Sequence record: DRR723986_8478
Strand: one strand, 5' to 3'
DNA length: 53,702 bases
Under the pieces are notes generated by a model that had not been told where the DNA came from, made no database searches, and saw only the letters and a program-made list of their open reading frames with translations. The position numbers were made by a program, and so were the translations under genes. Below are positions 37,762 through 48,328 of the stretch, piece by piece. How positions within the stretch are numbered: position 1 is the first letter of the stretch; every line of letters begins with the position of its first letter.

Positions 37762-38226
37762 ATGACCTTCAGTTCTGCCAGTGCGTTTGCAATTGTCTCC
37801 GCAGGCGTGTTTTTGCTTGTTGGTCTCTTCAGCGGTTTGTGGAAGTTTCTACAGATGTGGCGCAGTGAACAAGGCCTGGCTCATCCTTACCTGGATATCG
37901 CCCACCGAGCCAGCCTGCTCTATGGTTTTGCCTGTCTCACCTTGGCCGTATTGGCACATTTCAGCACATTCAGCCCGAATTACAATTTATTCGCGGCAGT
38001 AACTGTGATTGTATTTTTTGCACTGGCCGTGGCAGGGTATTTGATACAGGCAGCGCTGAACGGCCCCGACAATCAGTTGCGGCAACCTCACAAACTGGGA
38101 AACCACCCAATGCCCCGCGCAGGTTTGGCCTTATTTATGGTGGCACTGATACTCGCCGAAATTGGAGGCACTCTTTATCTGTTTGCCGGCGCGCTGCAGA
38201 ACCCTTTGCTGCAATTCTGGTCATAA
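37762..38226 (+). CDS. Uncharacterised 4-TM integral membrane protein
   Basis: Four hydrophobic helices with HPYLDIAHRASLLYGFA and DNQLR motifs. ATG 37762 follows GAGGTG. Confidence 0.8.
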   Translation: MTFSSASAFAIVSAGVFLLVGLFSGLWKFLQMWRSEQGLAHPYLDIAHRASLLYGFACLTLAVLAHFSTFSPNYNLFAAVTVIVFFALAVAGYLIQAALNGPDNQLRQPHKLGNHPMPRAGLALFMVALILAEIGGTLYLFAGALQNPLLQFWS

Positions 38227-38260
38227 ACATCATTCAAGTTCATTCCGGGAACACCGAACA

Positions 38261-39133
38261 ATGCCTTTACAGTTCATTCGTCGCTCCTTGCTAACAGCTT
38301 TCTCCCTGCTGACGTTGGTCGCCTGTAGCACCACGAACCCAGGCAATTCATCAGCGCAATATCAAGCGAAGGCAAACTGGACCACTTCATTTTTAAGCCA
38401 AGTTTTCGGCGGTCAAACCATGCCCGATGGGGTGAACAATTGGGCATGTCGCCCCGCAGAGAACCAAAACCCGGTTGTACTGATTCACGGTACTTTTTCT
38501 TCCAGCCTGTATTCATTTGGGGCCTTGGGTCCGGCACTGGCCAATCAAAACCTGTGCGTATACTCGATCGACTACGGTGCAGCTGAACCGAGCGACTGGT
38601 TCAAGGGCGTGGGCCCGGTGGATGAATCAGCGCAGCGCATTGCTGAATTTGTGAAGTTTGTGAAAACAACCACTGGGCGTGACAAGGTGACCTTGGTAGG
38701 TCATTCTCAGGGCGGTCTGATTGGCTTTTACTATCTGAAGATGTTGCAGGGAGCTACCCATGTGGACCGCTTTGTGGCCTTGGCCCCTAGTGTCAACGGC
38801 ACCTCGATTGCCAAGACACCCAACCGAGACCTGGTCGAATATTGCCTTGCCTGTGCTGACCAACACCCCCGTTCAGCCTTGCTTCGCGAATTGAAAAACG
38901 GCCCCATCACAATGCCCGGGGTGCATTACAGTGTTTTGGTCACAAAAAACGACAAGGTTGTAGTACCGGTTGAAAACCAGTTTGTGAAAGAACCTGGCGT
39001 GCAAAACGTCTATATTCAAGATCTGTTGCCAGGCAAACGGGTGTCACACAGCGGCATGTTGTACGACACTGAGACTCTTGAACTGATCGTGAAGCTGGTA
39101 CAGGGTCGATCGTTGCAAACTGCTTCAAACTAA
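38261..39133 (+). CDS. Lipoprotein lipase/esterase (lipase class 2-like)
   Basis: Lipobox LVAC, NNWACRP, PVVLIHGT, GHSQGG, D(KVV) and SH triad. Confidence 0.88.
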   Translation: MPLQFIRRSLLTAFSLLTLVACSTTNPGNSSAQYQAKANWTTSFLSQVFGGQTMPDGVNNWACRPAENQNPVVLIHGTFSSSLYSFGALGPALANQNLCVYSIDYGAAEPSDWFKGVGPVDESAQRIAEFVKFVKTTTGRDKVTLVGHSQGGLIGFYYLKMLQGATHVDRFVALAPSVNGTSIAKTPNRDLVEYCLACADQHPRSALLRELKNGPITMPGVHYSVLVTKNDKVVVPVENQFVKEPGVQNVYIQDLLPGKRVSHSGMLYDTETLELIVKLVQGRSLQTASN

Positions 39134-40894
39134 AGCGGTGTAACTTCGGGTTGCTGAGTCGAAACGGTAGAGAGCATCTTTGACCTGGTTTTGATCAATA
39201 CCCTCTTTTTTCAACTGTACTTTTTGGTACTTGAACGTGCCGGTTGTTTCCACAGCCTGAATCACACGCAAATACTGCGGCACAGCATACCCGGGTAACT
39301 GGCTGCATACGTGCGCGGCCAGCGCATCCAGGTCAAGCAACGCGCCGGGCTTTACGGCAATTGCAGCCATACCGGCCCGACCATCGAATCCATCCAGCTT
39401 TACGCCATAAACCACCGCATGTTCAAGAAACGGCAGTTTGGCCAATACACCTTCCACTTCTGATGTGGCTACATTCTCGCCCTTCCAGCGAAACGTGTCG
39501 CCCAGACGGTCAACAAATTGAATATGCTGCCAACCCTGTCTGCGTACCAAATCCCCCGAGTTAAACCAGCAATCACCGTGTTTAAACACATTGCGCAGCA
39601 ACTTGCCTTCGTTGGCTTTCGGGTCTGTGTAACCATCAAAGGGCCGTAACTCGGTCACTTCACTGATCAACAACCCTACCTCACCGCGGCCTACAGTCTC
39701 GCAAAAACCATGTTGATTTCGTACCACTTGTTCCGAATCTGCGTCGCAGGCAATGACCTCAAAGGGCATGGGACAAAAGCCAACGGTTTCTTTAAGACCA
39801 AACGCGTTCATAAATCCGAGATTGGATTCGCTCGCCCCGTAAAATTCGAAAATCTGATGAATACCGAATCGGTGTTCAAAGTCCTCCCATATTTCGGGAC
39901 GCAGGCCGTTGCCTAGAATCAACCGGATTTCATGATTCTGATCGTCCATGTGAGGCACCTGATTCAGGAGATACCGCAACAGTTCGCCGATGTAGCAAAA
40001 CGCCGTTGCCCTGTAATGTGAAATACGCCTCCAGAACTGACTTGCACTGAATTTTTCATCCAGCGCAAAGCAGGCGCCGGATGCCAGTACGACCCCCAAG
40101 GACACCGTGAGTGCATTGTTGTGATACAAGGGCAGACAACAGTAAAACACATCAGAAGCCGTCAAGCGCACGGCGGTGCTCATGCCCGAGGCCGCCTGCA
40201 ACCAGCGGTAATGGCTCATTACAGAAGCCTTGGGCAAACCGGTTGTGCCGGAGGTAAAAATATAGAAACAGGGCGAGCTGGCTGTAATTTGTGCGGTTTG
40301 CGCCAGGTTATGAACAGGTTGCGTAGACCAGGCGCTGCGAAAGTCACTCACACGCAGATGATTACTGTCGGTTTGCAGCGAAAGCAAATCGACGCCTTTG
40401 AGCAGTGTGTTGTCATTGGATTCCAACTGCTTGAGAATATCCAGACCACGATCACACGCCAGAATTATTCTTGGTTTCACCAGCTTCAAGCTGTGCGCTT
40501 GCACTGAACCCTGTTGGTTAATGTTCAGCAGCGCAGCAACCGCTCCCAACTTGGCACAGGCAATGACTGCGAGCAAAGCTTCAGGACGATTGGCTGACAA
40601 CAAGCCCACCGTGTCACCAGCCTTCACGCCCATAGACAGCAAACCGCGCGCCATTTGATTACAAATCGAATTCGCTTGCCCATAGGTCCAACACTGTTGA
40701 TCACTTTTCAGGAATACCGATTTCGCGTGTTTGCGCGCAGTTTCCTGAAACAACAAACCCATTGAACGTCGGGAATGTGGTCGGAGCAAGGCTAGACTGG
40801 CCAGCGAGGGCAAAATATGCGGCACGTCAGGAAGAAAACTCAAGGCGCCTTTGGCAATGTCGATTGCGGATACTGTTTTGCCCTGAACTGTCAT
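39125..40894 (-). CDS. FATP/VLACS-type long-chain acyl-CoA synthetase
   Basis: YIFTSGTTGLPKA, YIGELLRYL, GNGLRP, EFYGASE and DRLGDTFRWKGENVATSEVE. Confidence 0.92.
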   Translation of the reverse strand: MTVQGKTVSAIDIAKGALSFLPDVPHILPSLASLALLRPHSRRSMGLLFQETARKHAKSVFLKSDQQCWTYGQANSICNQMARGLLSMGVKAGDTVGLLSANRPEALLAVIACAKLGAVAALLNINQQGSVQAHSLKLVKPRIILACDRGLDILKQLESNDNTLLKGVDLLSLQTDSNHLRVSDFRSAWSTQPVHNLAQTAQITASSPCFYIFTSGTTGLPKASVMSHYRWLQAASGMSTAVRLTASDVFYCCLPLYHNNALTVSLGVVLASGACFALDEKFSASQFWRRISHYRATAFCYIGELLRYLLNQVPHMDDQNHEIRLILGNGLRPEIWEDFEHRFGIHQIFEFYGASESNLGFMNAFGLKETVGFCPMPFEVIACDADSEQVVRNQHGFCETVGRGEVGLLISEVTELRPFDGYTDPKANEGKLLRNVFKHGDCWFNSGDLVRRQGWQHIQFVDRLGDTFRWKGENVATSEVEGVLAKLPFLEHAVVYGVKLDGFDGRAGMAAIAVKPGALLDLDALAAHVCSQLPGYAVPQYLRVIQAVETTGTFKYQKVQLKKEGIDQNQVKDALYRFDSATRSYTALV

Positions 40895-41022
40895 TTTGTG
40901 CGGTCTCCGGCTGCTGTCTCGTGTTTTTTTATACAGAAAAAGATACACTCTTTGGGTCAACGAAATTCGAGCACGCACCGTTTTTATCAATGTCATCAGG
41001 CTGCCCAGTTAAGTATTCTTCC

Positions 41023-41517
41023 ATGCCCATAGTCAAAGTGCGCTCCAAAACTGTTCTTTGCCTGCTTGTGCTTGTGGCGGCACTTCCATTTGATACCGCC
41101 AACGCGAAAAACTTCATAGGTTATACGGGCAAAGGCTGGAACAGCGATTTCGGGGTGCTACGCGGTCAATGTGATGCCAAACTGGTTCAAAGTGAAGCGC
41201 TCAAGGGCACGTTAACCGAGCAAATGGCCTACGTTGAATCCACAGAGGCTTTCAAGGCAATTTTTACGGAAACCCAATTGGTCGATGCGTTTGCGGTGGA
41301 CTCTCATTGCTTCGGGCACACCATGGAGCTAGTTCCGTCGGGGCAAGCGGTGCGTTGGCTCAATCCGGTGAACGGCGTCGGTGTGTATCTATCGCCCGGA
41401 GCCAAGTCGGACACTTGCAGAACATACTTGGGGGTCACCATCGTCAACGGTGAAAAAACCAAGTTCCGGGGTGAGGTGTGTTCGCCCAGCAAAGGCGCCT
41501 GGCAAATTCAGCAGTAA
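41023..41517 (+). CDS. Exported hypothetical protein with C-terminal 17-kDa surface-antigen-like (RT0821/Lpp0805-like) domain
   Basis: Signal peptide ending ANA. C-terminal ME.VPSGQAVRWLNP..CRTY..V.G...GEVC...GAWQI pattern. Confidence 0.65.
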   Translation: MPIVKVRSKTVLCLLVLVAALPFDTANAKNFIGYTGKGWNSDFGVLRGQCDAKLVQSEALKGTLTEQMAYVESTEAFKAIFTETQLVDAFAVDSHCFGHTMELVPSGQAVRWLNPVNGVGVYLSPGAKSDTCRTYLGVTIVNGEKTKFRGEVCSPSKGAWQIQQ

Positions 41518-41519
41518 TC

Positions 41520-43199
41520 TCAGACAAATACCGCCTTGCGCAAACGCTGGAGGGTATCCGAATGCCCAACCAGCACCAACAGTAATTTGGCCCGAGTCAT
41601 TGCCACAAACAGCTTTCGAAATTCAGCTTCATTAAACTCCGAAAAAGCCAACTCGGTTACCACAATGGCTTGCGCCGCCTGCCCTTTGAAGCGGTACACC
41701 GATTCGGCATGCACGTTACCCTCAGTGAATACCTGGCTACCATTTTCATCATATCGACCGGTAAAGTGCCTCAGGGTGTGTGGTCCAAGGCTGGCTTGCG
41801 CCAATATCTTTGATTTCTCATGTCCCCGCATGCTAAGTACGGCAATTTTGTCGCGCGTGAAACCGTGGCGCAAGCAGGCAGTAATTGCCTTGGCGGTTTG
41901 ACTCAACAACGACTCATCATCGTCATACTCGAAAAACTCCAAGGGCAAACCTTCGAGGGGACAAGCCGCTTCAATATCAAGCGACAAAGGCGAGTCAAAA
42001 TGGAATACATGTTGAACCAACTGCAAGGCTTGAACCACGCGTTTTGGATTTCGATAATTCATGGGCGTGTGCAAGCTGACCCAACCGGGCAGGCTGACTG
42101 CCGGCTTGGCGTACAGGTTCTGAATCGGATCCTCCAGCCACAGCCACCGGGTGCCCGAATGCGAGCAACGCTGAAGCACCGGCAGCCAACTCTGGTCGAA
42201 GTCCTGACCTTCATCCACCACAATCGAGTCAAAAACCCAGCGCTTGTCCAGCGGTGTGCCCAATACCTGCTCGGGCAAACGGCCGAACACCCCGGGCGAC
42301 GCGTAATCCACCTCCTGACCCGCATCACGCAGCATTCGGTCGCACAATGCATGAAAATTAAAAACTACCGCGCCCACCAAACCAGCCTCACGAACCTGCT
42401 GTGCCATGTGCGAGGAAAGCGGCCGGTTATAACACACATACAAGGTTCGGGCTCTCAAACCATGGTTGCGCTGCAGTTCGCTGAAAGCCAATTGTGATTT
42501 TCCACTGCCCGCAGTGCCTGTAACACGCAAACGAAAAGGCTCGAAGCTCAGCCTTGACACCCATTGCTCCAGTCCGTGCGACAAACGCGTCACCAATGTT
42601 TCGGCCGCTTGTGACAAAGCGCCCACCTCCGGCACCAGGTTCAGTTCATTGCACAAAAAGGAGTGAATGGCTTTGGGATTGCTGTTGCTGCTGAACAGGT
42701 CAGCAGTAATGTCGATGGTTTGAATCAGGGCAGCCAATTCATCCTTGTGACGGGCATCCACCACCCGCTCGGCATTCACGGTAAGTCCACTGGGGTCGGG
42801 TACGGTGAAATCGGGGCAATAAAAAATGGGCTCTACTCGCAAGTGACCTTGATGTTGCAACTTGAATTTCTGGTTCAACAAAGCGCCTTGCTCAGCCAGT
42901 GCGTTAAATACATCCTGACGCTGTTCACCCAATTGCTTCACCATCCTGCCTTGGTCCACTTTCATCAAACCGGTTTTCATCAAAATACTGTAGACGATAC
43001 CACTGGGACCAAGCACCAGAAATTGAATTCGCCCAGTGACGGTCAGCCCATGTTCAATTCTCGACCAATGAATGCCGTGATAAATGGTGTAGTTGTCGGG
43101 CAACTGCGCCTGCAAATGCAACAACACATCCCGCTCGCGCGCTTGTGCACCATCCAGCGCAAGTTCACTCGTATCTGACGGATAAACCTTGGCTGACAC
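41520..43199 (-). CDS. SF1 DNA/RNA helicase with degenerate N-terminal NERD-like domain
   Basis: Walker A GTAGSGKS, VCYNRPL, VVDEGQD, NYRNP, SVYRFKG and FVAMTRAK. The N-terminus has a NERD layout (ER.VL..L...L.DNYTIYH). Confidence 0.85.
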   Translation of the reverse strand: MSAKVYPSDTSELALDGAQARERDVLLHLQAQLPDNYTIYHGIHWSRIEHGLTVTGRIQFLVLGPSGIVYSILMKTGLMKVDQGRMVKQLGEQRQDVFNALAEQGALLNQKFKLQHQGHLRVEPIFYCPDFTVPDPSGLTVNAERVVDARHKDELAALIQTIDITADLFSSNSNPKAIHSFLCNELNLVPEVGALSQAAETLVTRLSHGLEQWVSRLSFEPFRLRVTGTAGSGKSQLAFSELQRNHGLRARTLYVCYNRPLSSHMAQQVREAGLVGAVVFNFHALCDRMLRDAGQEVDYASPGVFGRLPEQVLGTPLDKRWVFDSIVVDEGQDFDQSWLPVLQRCSHSGTRWLWLEDPIQNLYAKPAVSLPGWVSLHTPMNYRNPKRVVQALQLVQHVFHFDSPLSLDIEAACPLEGLPLEFFEYDDDESLLSQTAKAITACLRHGFTRDKIAVLSMRGHEKSKILAQASLGPHTLRHFTGRYDENGSQVFTEGNVHAESVYRFKGQAAQAIVVTELAFSEFNEAEFRKLFVAMTRAKLLLVLVGHSDTLQRLRKAVFV

Positions 43200-43202
43200 G
43201 CC

Positions 43203-44141
43203 TTAAACCTCTTTGAATTGTTGTTTCAGCGCAGCGCCAGAGTAACGATCCACCCCAGCCTGAATGCGAAAGCCCAGCATGATTTTTCCGGTGGTACAGT
43301 ACACCTGTTCCCGCAGCCATTCGATGACTTCTTTGCCTTCTGAAAAACCCACTGCCTCGAATTCCCAAACCCGGTCGTCCGCATTCCAGCGAAAGCCCTT
43401 GGACTTTAAAAAATCTTTCTTCTCAAATGGTGCTTTCAACGCAGCGATTTGATAAATCGATTCATTGGCACTGTCAAACAACACCTGAAATGGCATGCGC
43501 TGGGATGTTTTCAAGGGTTGCGCCAACACATGGACCAGTGCATTGCAATCCTCCACTGCACGGTGGGCACCGTGGAAGTAACCGCAATCCGACAACAAGT
43601 ATTCCAGTTTGCGTCCGGAATAATTTTCCTGGGTCCATGGCAGTTCCCGAAACGTGCACGCCCAGATCGATTTTTCAAGCCAGGGGAAACGGCGAAGCAT
43701 AAATGGCTTGTCAAATGCTGCGTTGTGCGCCACGAACAAAGCGGCCTCACTGCACAGGGCTTTTAACGCAGCTTCATCAAACCGCTGACCTTTGACCATG
43801 TCGTTGGTAATGCCATGAATGGCTGAATTCTCGGGCGTAATGGGTACCTTGGGTTCTTCAAGGCCTCCATAAGTGCCCAGCACTGCACCAATCGCTCCGG
43901 TGTCCTGGTCCACCTCAATCAGCACCGCCCCCACCTCAATGACTTCGCATGTTGCAAAATCAAGGCCTGTGGTTTCAGTATCGACGACCAGCACCTTAAC
44001 TGGGCTGTTAATTTGCCCACCAAAAGTGTCGCGCATTTGAATGCGACGCAGTACCTTGTAATTGCCGCTGCTTTCCAGCCATCGGGCAACAGTTTCCTGG
44101 TCTACATCGCCAATGCTGCTGTTCAATTCCTTGTTATCCAA
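43203..44141 (-). CDS. DEDDh 3'-5' exonuclease (DnaQ-like) with small C-terminal domain
   Basis: ExoI VDTETTG, ExoII AHNAAFD and ExoIII HRAVED. C-terminal APFEKKDFLKSKGFRWN..VW module. Confidence 0.9.
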   Translation of the reverse strand: MDNKELNSSIGDVDQETVARWLESSGNYKVLRRIQMRDTFGGQINSPVKVLVVDTETTGLDFATCEVIEVGAVLIEVDQDTGAIGAVLGTYGGLEEPKVPITPENSAIHGITNDMVKGQRFDEAALKALCSEAALFVAHNAAFDKPFMLRRFPWLEKSIWACTFRELPWTQENYSGRKLEYLLSDCGYFHGAHRAVEDCNALVHVLAQPLKTSQRMPFQVLFDSANESIYQIAALKAPFEKKDFLKSKGFRWNADDRVWEFEAVGFSEGKEVIEWLREQVYCTTGKIMLGFRIQAGVDRYSGAALKQQFKEV

Positions 44142-44151
44142 ACGGAATGTC

Positions 44152-45120
44152 CTATGGTTCAGTATGAATTAAGTACGCCTGCTGTCGGCTTACTCTCACT
44201 TGCCAGCCTTTTTTCACCTCGCGAATTCCACCTTTATCAATACGCAATTGGCGAGCCAATTCAATCAATTTCAGTTTGCCACAACGTACGCCTTGGCCAA
44301 GCAACCAATGTCGGAGGGTATTGAGCTGGGCTGAATCGTCCAGTGCCCGCCACTGAATCAATTGCAAGCCTCCAGTTTCAGAAATCACCTGCGGCGCCTT
44401 GACTTGCGTATTTGAATCTTCTTCTGAATAGTGTGCCCGAAAAAATTCAGCCAGTTGGAGCAGAGCCTTGGGGCTCTGTGGAAAGTGTGCAATCAGACTA
44501 GGCAAGAGTTCATGGCGCACCCAGTTGCGGCGCAGTGTAGTGTCCTCGTTGCTGGGGTCTTCGATGTACTGCAGGCGATTGGCACGGGCGTACTCGAGCA
44601 AACTGGCCTTGCTGCTATCGAGCAAAGGTCGGCACAACAGCAAGTCGGGATAAAGGTGACGATCCACGCCGACAGGGCCCACAACGCGCATCCCTCCCAC
44701 TCCTCGCAAGCCGGAACCGCGCAACAATTGCAGCAGCACTGTTTCAAGTTGATCATCCCGATGATGGGCGCACAGTAACACTGTGCGTTGATTGGCCTTC
44801 ATCCAGTTAAAAATGGCTCGGTACCGCAGCACACGGGCCTGACCTTCAAGGCCTAGATCACTGGGTTGAACATTTACTTTTAAAGCAGTAAAAGGGATAC
44901 CCCACTGTTGACACTGGGTTTCACAATGTAACTCCCAGGCATCGGCCTGCAACTGAATTTGATGGTTGACATGCACAGCATGCAAGGCCATGCCCATTTC
45001 ATGCAAGGCATGAAGCAACACGGTGGAATCGACCCCGCCTGAATAAGCCACCACAAAACAGTCGGGCAGAGGGGCTTGGCGCTTGAAGTCGCTTAGAAAG
45101 GCTTCAAGCGACTGTTTCAA
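44152..45120 (-). CDS. tilS: tRNA(Ile)-lysidine synthetase (short form)
   Basis: PP-loop AYSGGVDS, AHHRDDQLET, RPLL and EDPSN..RNWVR. Follows accA. Confidence 0.93.
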   Translation of the reverse strand: MKQSLEAFLSDFKRQAPLPDCFVVAYSGGVDSTVLLHALHEMGMALHAVHVNHQIQLQADAWELHCETQCQQWGIPFTALKVNVQPSDLGLEGQARVLRYRAIFNWMKANQRTVLLCAHHRDDQLETVLLQLLRGSGLRGVGGMRVVGPVGVDRHLYPDLLLCRPLLDSSKASLLEYARANRLQYIEDPSNEDTTLRRNWVRHELLPSLIAHFPQSPKALLQLAEFFRAHYSEEDSNTQVKAPQVISETGGLQLIQWRALDDSAQLNTLRHWLLGQGVRCGKLKLIELARQLRIDKGGIREVKKGWQVRVSRQQAYLIHTEP

Positions 45121-46083
45121 TTATTTGCTCACCTTGAAGTGGCCATAACTCATGAGTCGGTCATGGCGAGCGTCCAGCAAAGTTTTGGGCTTGTAGGTGA
45201 CCAGCATATTCAAGGCAGCCTTGATTGCGGTTTTCAAGTTGCTGGCCGTTTGCGCATGGTCGCGATGCGCTCCACCAAAGCTCTCCTTCACGATTTCCTG
45301 AATCAACCCAAGATCGCGCAGGCGTTTGGCGGTAATACCCAAGGCCTCGGCAGCATCCGATGCCCTTTCAGCGCTGCGCCACAAAATGGAAGCACAACCT
45401 TCAGGGGAAATTACAGAGTAAGTCGCATTTTCCATCATGATGACGTGGTCAGCCACAGCCAACGCCAAAGCGCCACCTGAACCGCCCTCACCAATAATCG
45501 CACTGACGATGGGTACCTGAATTTGTGCCATTTCAATCAAATTGCGGCCAATGGCCTCAGACTGCCCACGCTCCTCGGCATCAATACCAGGGTATGCCCC
45601 CGGGGTATCCACCAGGGTTACGATGGGAATACCGAATTTCTCAGCGGTTTTCATCAAGCGAAGCGCTTTGCGATAGCCCTCGGGGCGTGGCATGCCGAAG
45701 TTACGCAAAGTACGCTCTTTCACATCACGGCCTTTTTGGTGACCAATCACCATGACGCTTTCACCATCAAGGCGGGCAAGGCCCCCTACGATCGAAGGGT
45801 CGTCTGCAAAATGCCTGTCGCCATGCAACTCGTGAAAGTCAGTGAATGCGTGGGCAATGTAATCCAGGGTGTAGGGGCGCTGGGGGTGACGCGCCACCTG
45901 CGAAACCTGCCAAGGGGTCAACTTGCTGTACAACTCCTTGGTCAACACATCGCTTTTGCCTTCCAGGCGGCGAATTTCTTCCGACAAATCGACCGCTGAG
46001 CCGTCCTGAACCAGGCGCAGCTCCTCGATTTTGCCTTTTAACTCAGCAATGGGTGCTTCAAAATCCAGAAATGTTTGCTTCAT
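45121..46083 (-). CDS. accA: Acetyl-CoA carboxylase carboxyltransferase alpha
   Basis: [33 protein letters not shown] and GEGGSGGAL. Confidence 0.99.
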   Translation of the reverse strand: MKQTFLDFEAPIAELKGKIEELRLVQDGSAVDLSEEIRRLEGKSDVLTKELYSKLTPWQVSQVARHPQRPYTLDYIAHAFTDFHELHGDRHFADDPSIVGGLARLDGESVMVIGHQKGRDVKERTLRNFGMPRPEGYRKALRLMKTAEKFGIPIVTLVDTPGAYPGIDAEERGQSEAIGRNLIEMAQIQVPIVSAIIGEGGSGGALALAVADHVIMMENATYSVISPEGCASILWRSAERASDAAEALGITAKRLRDLGLIQEIVKESFGGAHRDHAQTASNLKTAIKAALNMLVTYKPKTLLDARHDRLMSYGHFKVSK

Positions 46084-46092
46084 GAGGTTCTC

Positions 46093-46746
46093 TTAATAGT
46101 CCACCACGGCTGGATCGAGGCTGCGCCACAAATACCACGCTGCCACTGTCCGCCAAGGTTTTAATTTTTCCCCGAATTGTAGTGCTTCTTTCGGTCCGAT
46201 GGGTTCACCTTCGAAAAATTGGCGCGAGATACCGCGCTGCACACCAATGTCATCCACAGGCCAAACATCGGGCCTACGCAAACAAAACATCAAAAACATT
46301 TGGGCGGTCCAACGCCCTACTCCCTTGATTTCACACAGGTGGCGGGTGCAGGCCTCATCGTCCATGCCATCTAGCAGTGTCAGCTCAAGACGTCCTTGCT
46401 GCTCAAATTCGCTCAAGGCACGCGCGTAGGCTATTTTCTGACGTGAAAGGCCTGTGGCCTTCAAAGTGTCGTCACTCAGAGCGAGCAATACGCTGCTATT
46501 GATTTGCCCACTCAGCGCCTCGACCACTCGGGCCCACACGGCGTCAGCAGCCTTCACCGAAATTTGTTGGCCCACCAACGAGCGCAGCATGGTTTCATAA
46601 GGCGCGCCACGCGAACGCAAGGCCCGGTCCGAATGTCGGGTCACCAATTCAGCCCATACCGGGCTTTGCGAAGCCAAGGTCTCACACGCCACCTGCCAGT
46701 AATCAGGCGCGTGGGGATCTTGATTCAACCTCAGGCTCGCCGCCAT
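46093..46746 (-). CDS. DNA-3-methyladenine glycosylase (AlkA family, HhH-GPD)
   Basis: [21 protein letters not shown] and PVDDIG. Confidence 0.92.
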   Translation of the reverse strand: MAASLRLNQDPHAPDYWQVACETLASQSPVWAELVTRHSDRALRSRGAPYETMLRSLVGQQISVKAADAVWARVVEALSGQINSSVLLALSDDTLKATGLSRQKIAYARALSEFEQQGRLELTLLDGMDDEACTRHLCEIKGVGRWTAQMFLMFCLRRPDVWPVDDIGVQRGISRQFFEGEPIGPKEALQFGEKLKPWRTVAAWYLWRSLDPAVVDY

Positions 46747-48137
46747 TCGGTTGCACCGCCCCGTTTGTCTTCCAGTACCACGCCCATGTCGAGCAGTTGC
46801 TGGCGTATGGCATCCGCTTTTGAGAAATCCCGGTCAGCTTTGGCCTGGGTTCGGGCGTCAATCAACGCTTGAATCTCGGCCTCGTCCAAGGCCCCAGCTT
46901 GGTCTCCCACCTCGGCTTTCTGAAAAGCTTCAGCCGTACGTCCCAACAAACCCAGTACCTGTGCCAAAGCTTTCAGACGCGCGGCCAATGTCTGGTCGGC
47001 AGTGCGGTTCACCTCATTGGCCATCTCAAACAAAACCGACACGGCAATCGGTGTGTTCATGTCATCATTCATGGCCTCGGCGAAACGGGATTCAAATTCG
47101 AGGGTCCAATCAATCGAATCCACCACCTGAACGTCGCCCACGGCCTTGTACAGACGACCCAGGGCAGCTTTCGCGTCTTGTACATGGCCCTCTGAATAGG
47201 TCAACTGACTGCGATACTGCGCACGCAGAATAAAAAAGCGCACTACTTCGGCATCGTATACTTTCAAAATGTCGCGGATCGTGAAGAAATTATTCAACGA
47301 TTTGGACATTTTTTCCGATTGCCCATTGGTTTCGACTCGCACAAAACCGTTGTGCATCCAATACTGGGCAAAACCCTCGCCGGTTGCACCCACACTTTGG
47401 GCAATCTCGTTTTCATGATGCGGAAACTGCAAGTCAGCACCGCCGCCATGAATATCAAAGGTATTGCCCAATAACTTGCAACTCATCGCCGAGCATTCAA
47501 TATGCCAACCAGGGCGACCAACACCGAAATCAGATTCCCATTTGGCATCTGCAGGCTCATCAGCCTTTGCGCTTTTCCACAAAACAAAATCCAGCGGGTC
47601 ATTCTTGCTACCTGAAACCCCCACACGTTCACCAGCCCGCAATTCATCCAGACTTTTGCCTGATAGCCGGCCGTATTCAGGAAAGGCGCGCACCGAAAAG
47701 TTCACATCACCAGAATCATCCCGGTAAGCGAGCCTCTTGTTCATCAGGGTGTGAATCATGTCCTGCATTTCTGCGACATACTCAGTCGCACGAGGCTCGT
47801 GGTCGGGGCGTTCAATGCCCAAGGCATCCGCGTCCTCATGCATGGCCGCAATAAAGCGATCGGTCAACGAACGAATGCTTTCACCGTTCTCAACAGCGCG
47901 GCGAATAATTTTGTCATCAATGTCGGTGATATTGCGCACATAGGTGACCGGGTAGCCGGAGGCACGCAGCCAGCGCTTCAACAGATCGAACACCACCATG
48001 ACACGGGCATGGCCCAAGTGGCAGAAGTCATAGACTGTCATGCCACACACGTACATTCGAACGTTCTGTGGATCAAGCGGTGAAAAAGCCTGCTTTTTCC
48101 TTAGAATTGAATTGTAAATTTGAAGAGACGATTTCAT
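46731..48137 (-). CDS. cysS: Cysteine-tRNA ligase
   Basis: [36 protein letters not shown] and KMSKS. Confidence 0.99.
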   Translation of the reverse strand: MKSSLQIYNSILRKKQAFSPLDPQNVRMYVCGMTVYDFCHLGHARVMVVFDLLKRWLRASGYPVTYVRNITDIDDKIIRRAVENGESIRSLTDRFIAAMHEDADALGIERPDHEPRATEYVAEMQDMIHTLMNKRLAYRDDSGDVNFSVRAFPEYGRLSGKSLDELRAGERVGVSGSKNDPLDFVLWKSAKADEPADAKWESDFGVGRPGWHIECSAMSCKLLGNTFDIHGGGADLQFPHHENEIAQSVGATGEGFAQYWMHNGFVRVETNGQSEKMSKSLNNFFTIRDILKVYDAEVVRFFILRAQYRSQLTYSEGHVQDAKAALGRLYKAVGDVQVVDSIDWTLEFESRFAEAMNDDMNTPIAVSVLFEMANEVNRTADQTLAARLKALAQVLGLLGRTAEAFQKAEVGDQAGALDEAEIQALIDARTQAKADRDFSKADAIRQQLLDMGVVLEDKRGGATEWRRA

Positions 48138-48328
48138 TGGACTCAGAAAAAAAGCGGACCCAGCTTGCCAAAACGGTACAATCTGATACTGGAATCTTCA
48201 GGAAACCCAGCTCAGAAGCCAACCCGCTCTGGGGCTTGCTACAATAGCGGTCGAGTATATCATTACGCATGATCGAGTTTTTCCCTACCAATCAGATGAA
48301 ACGGGTAACCCCGCAAAGGCGCAACCGA

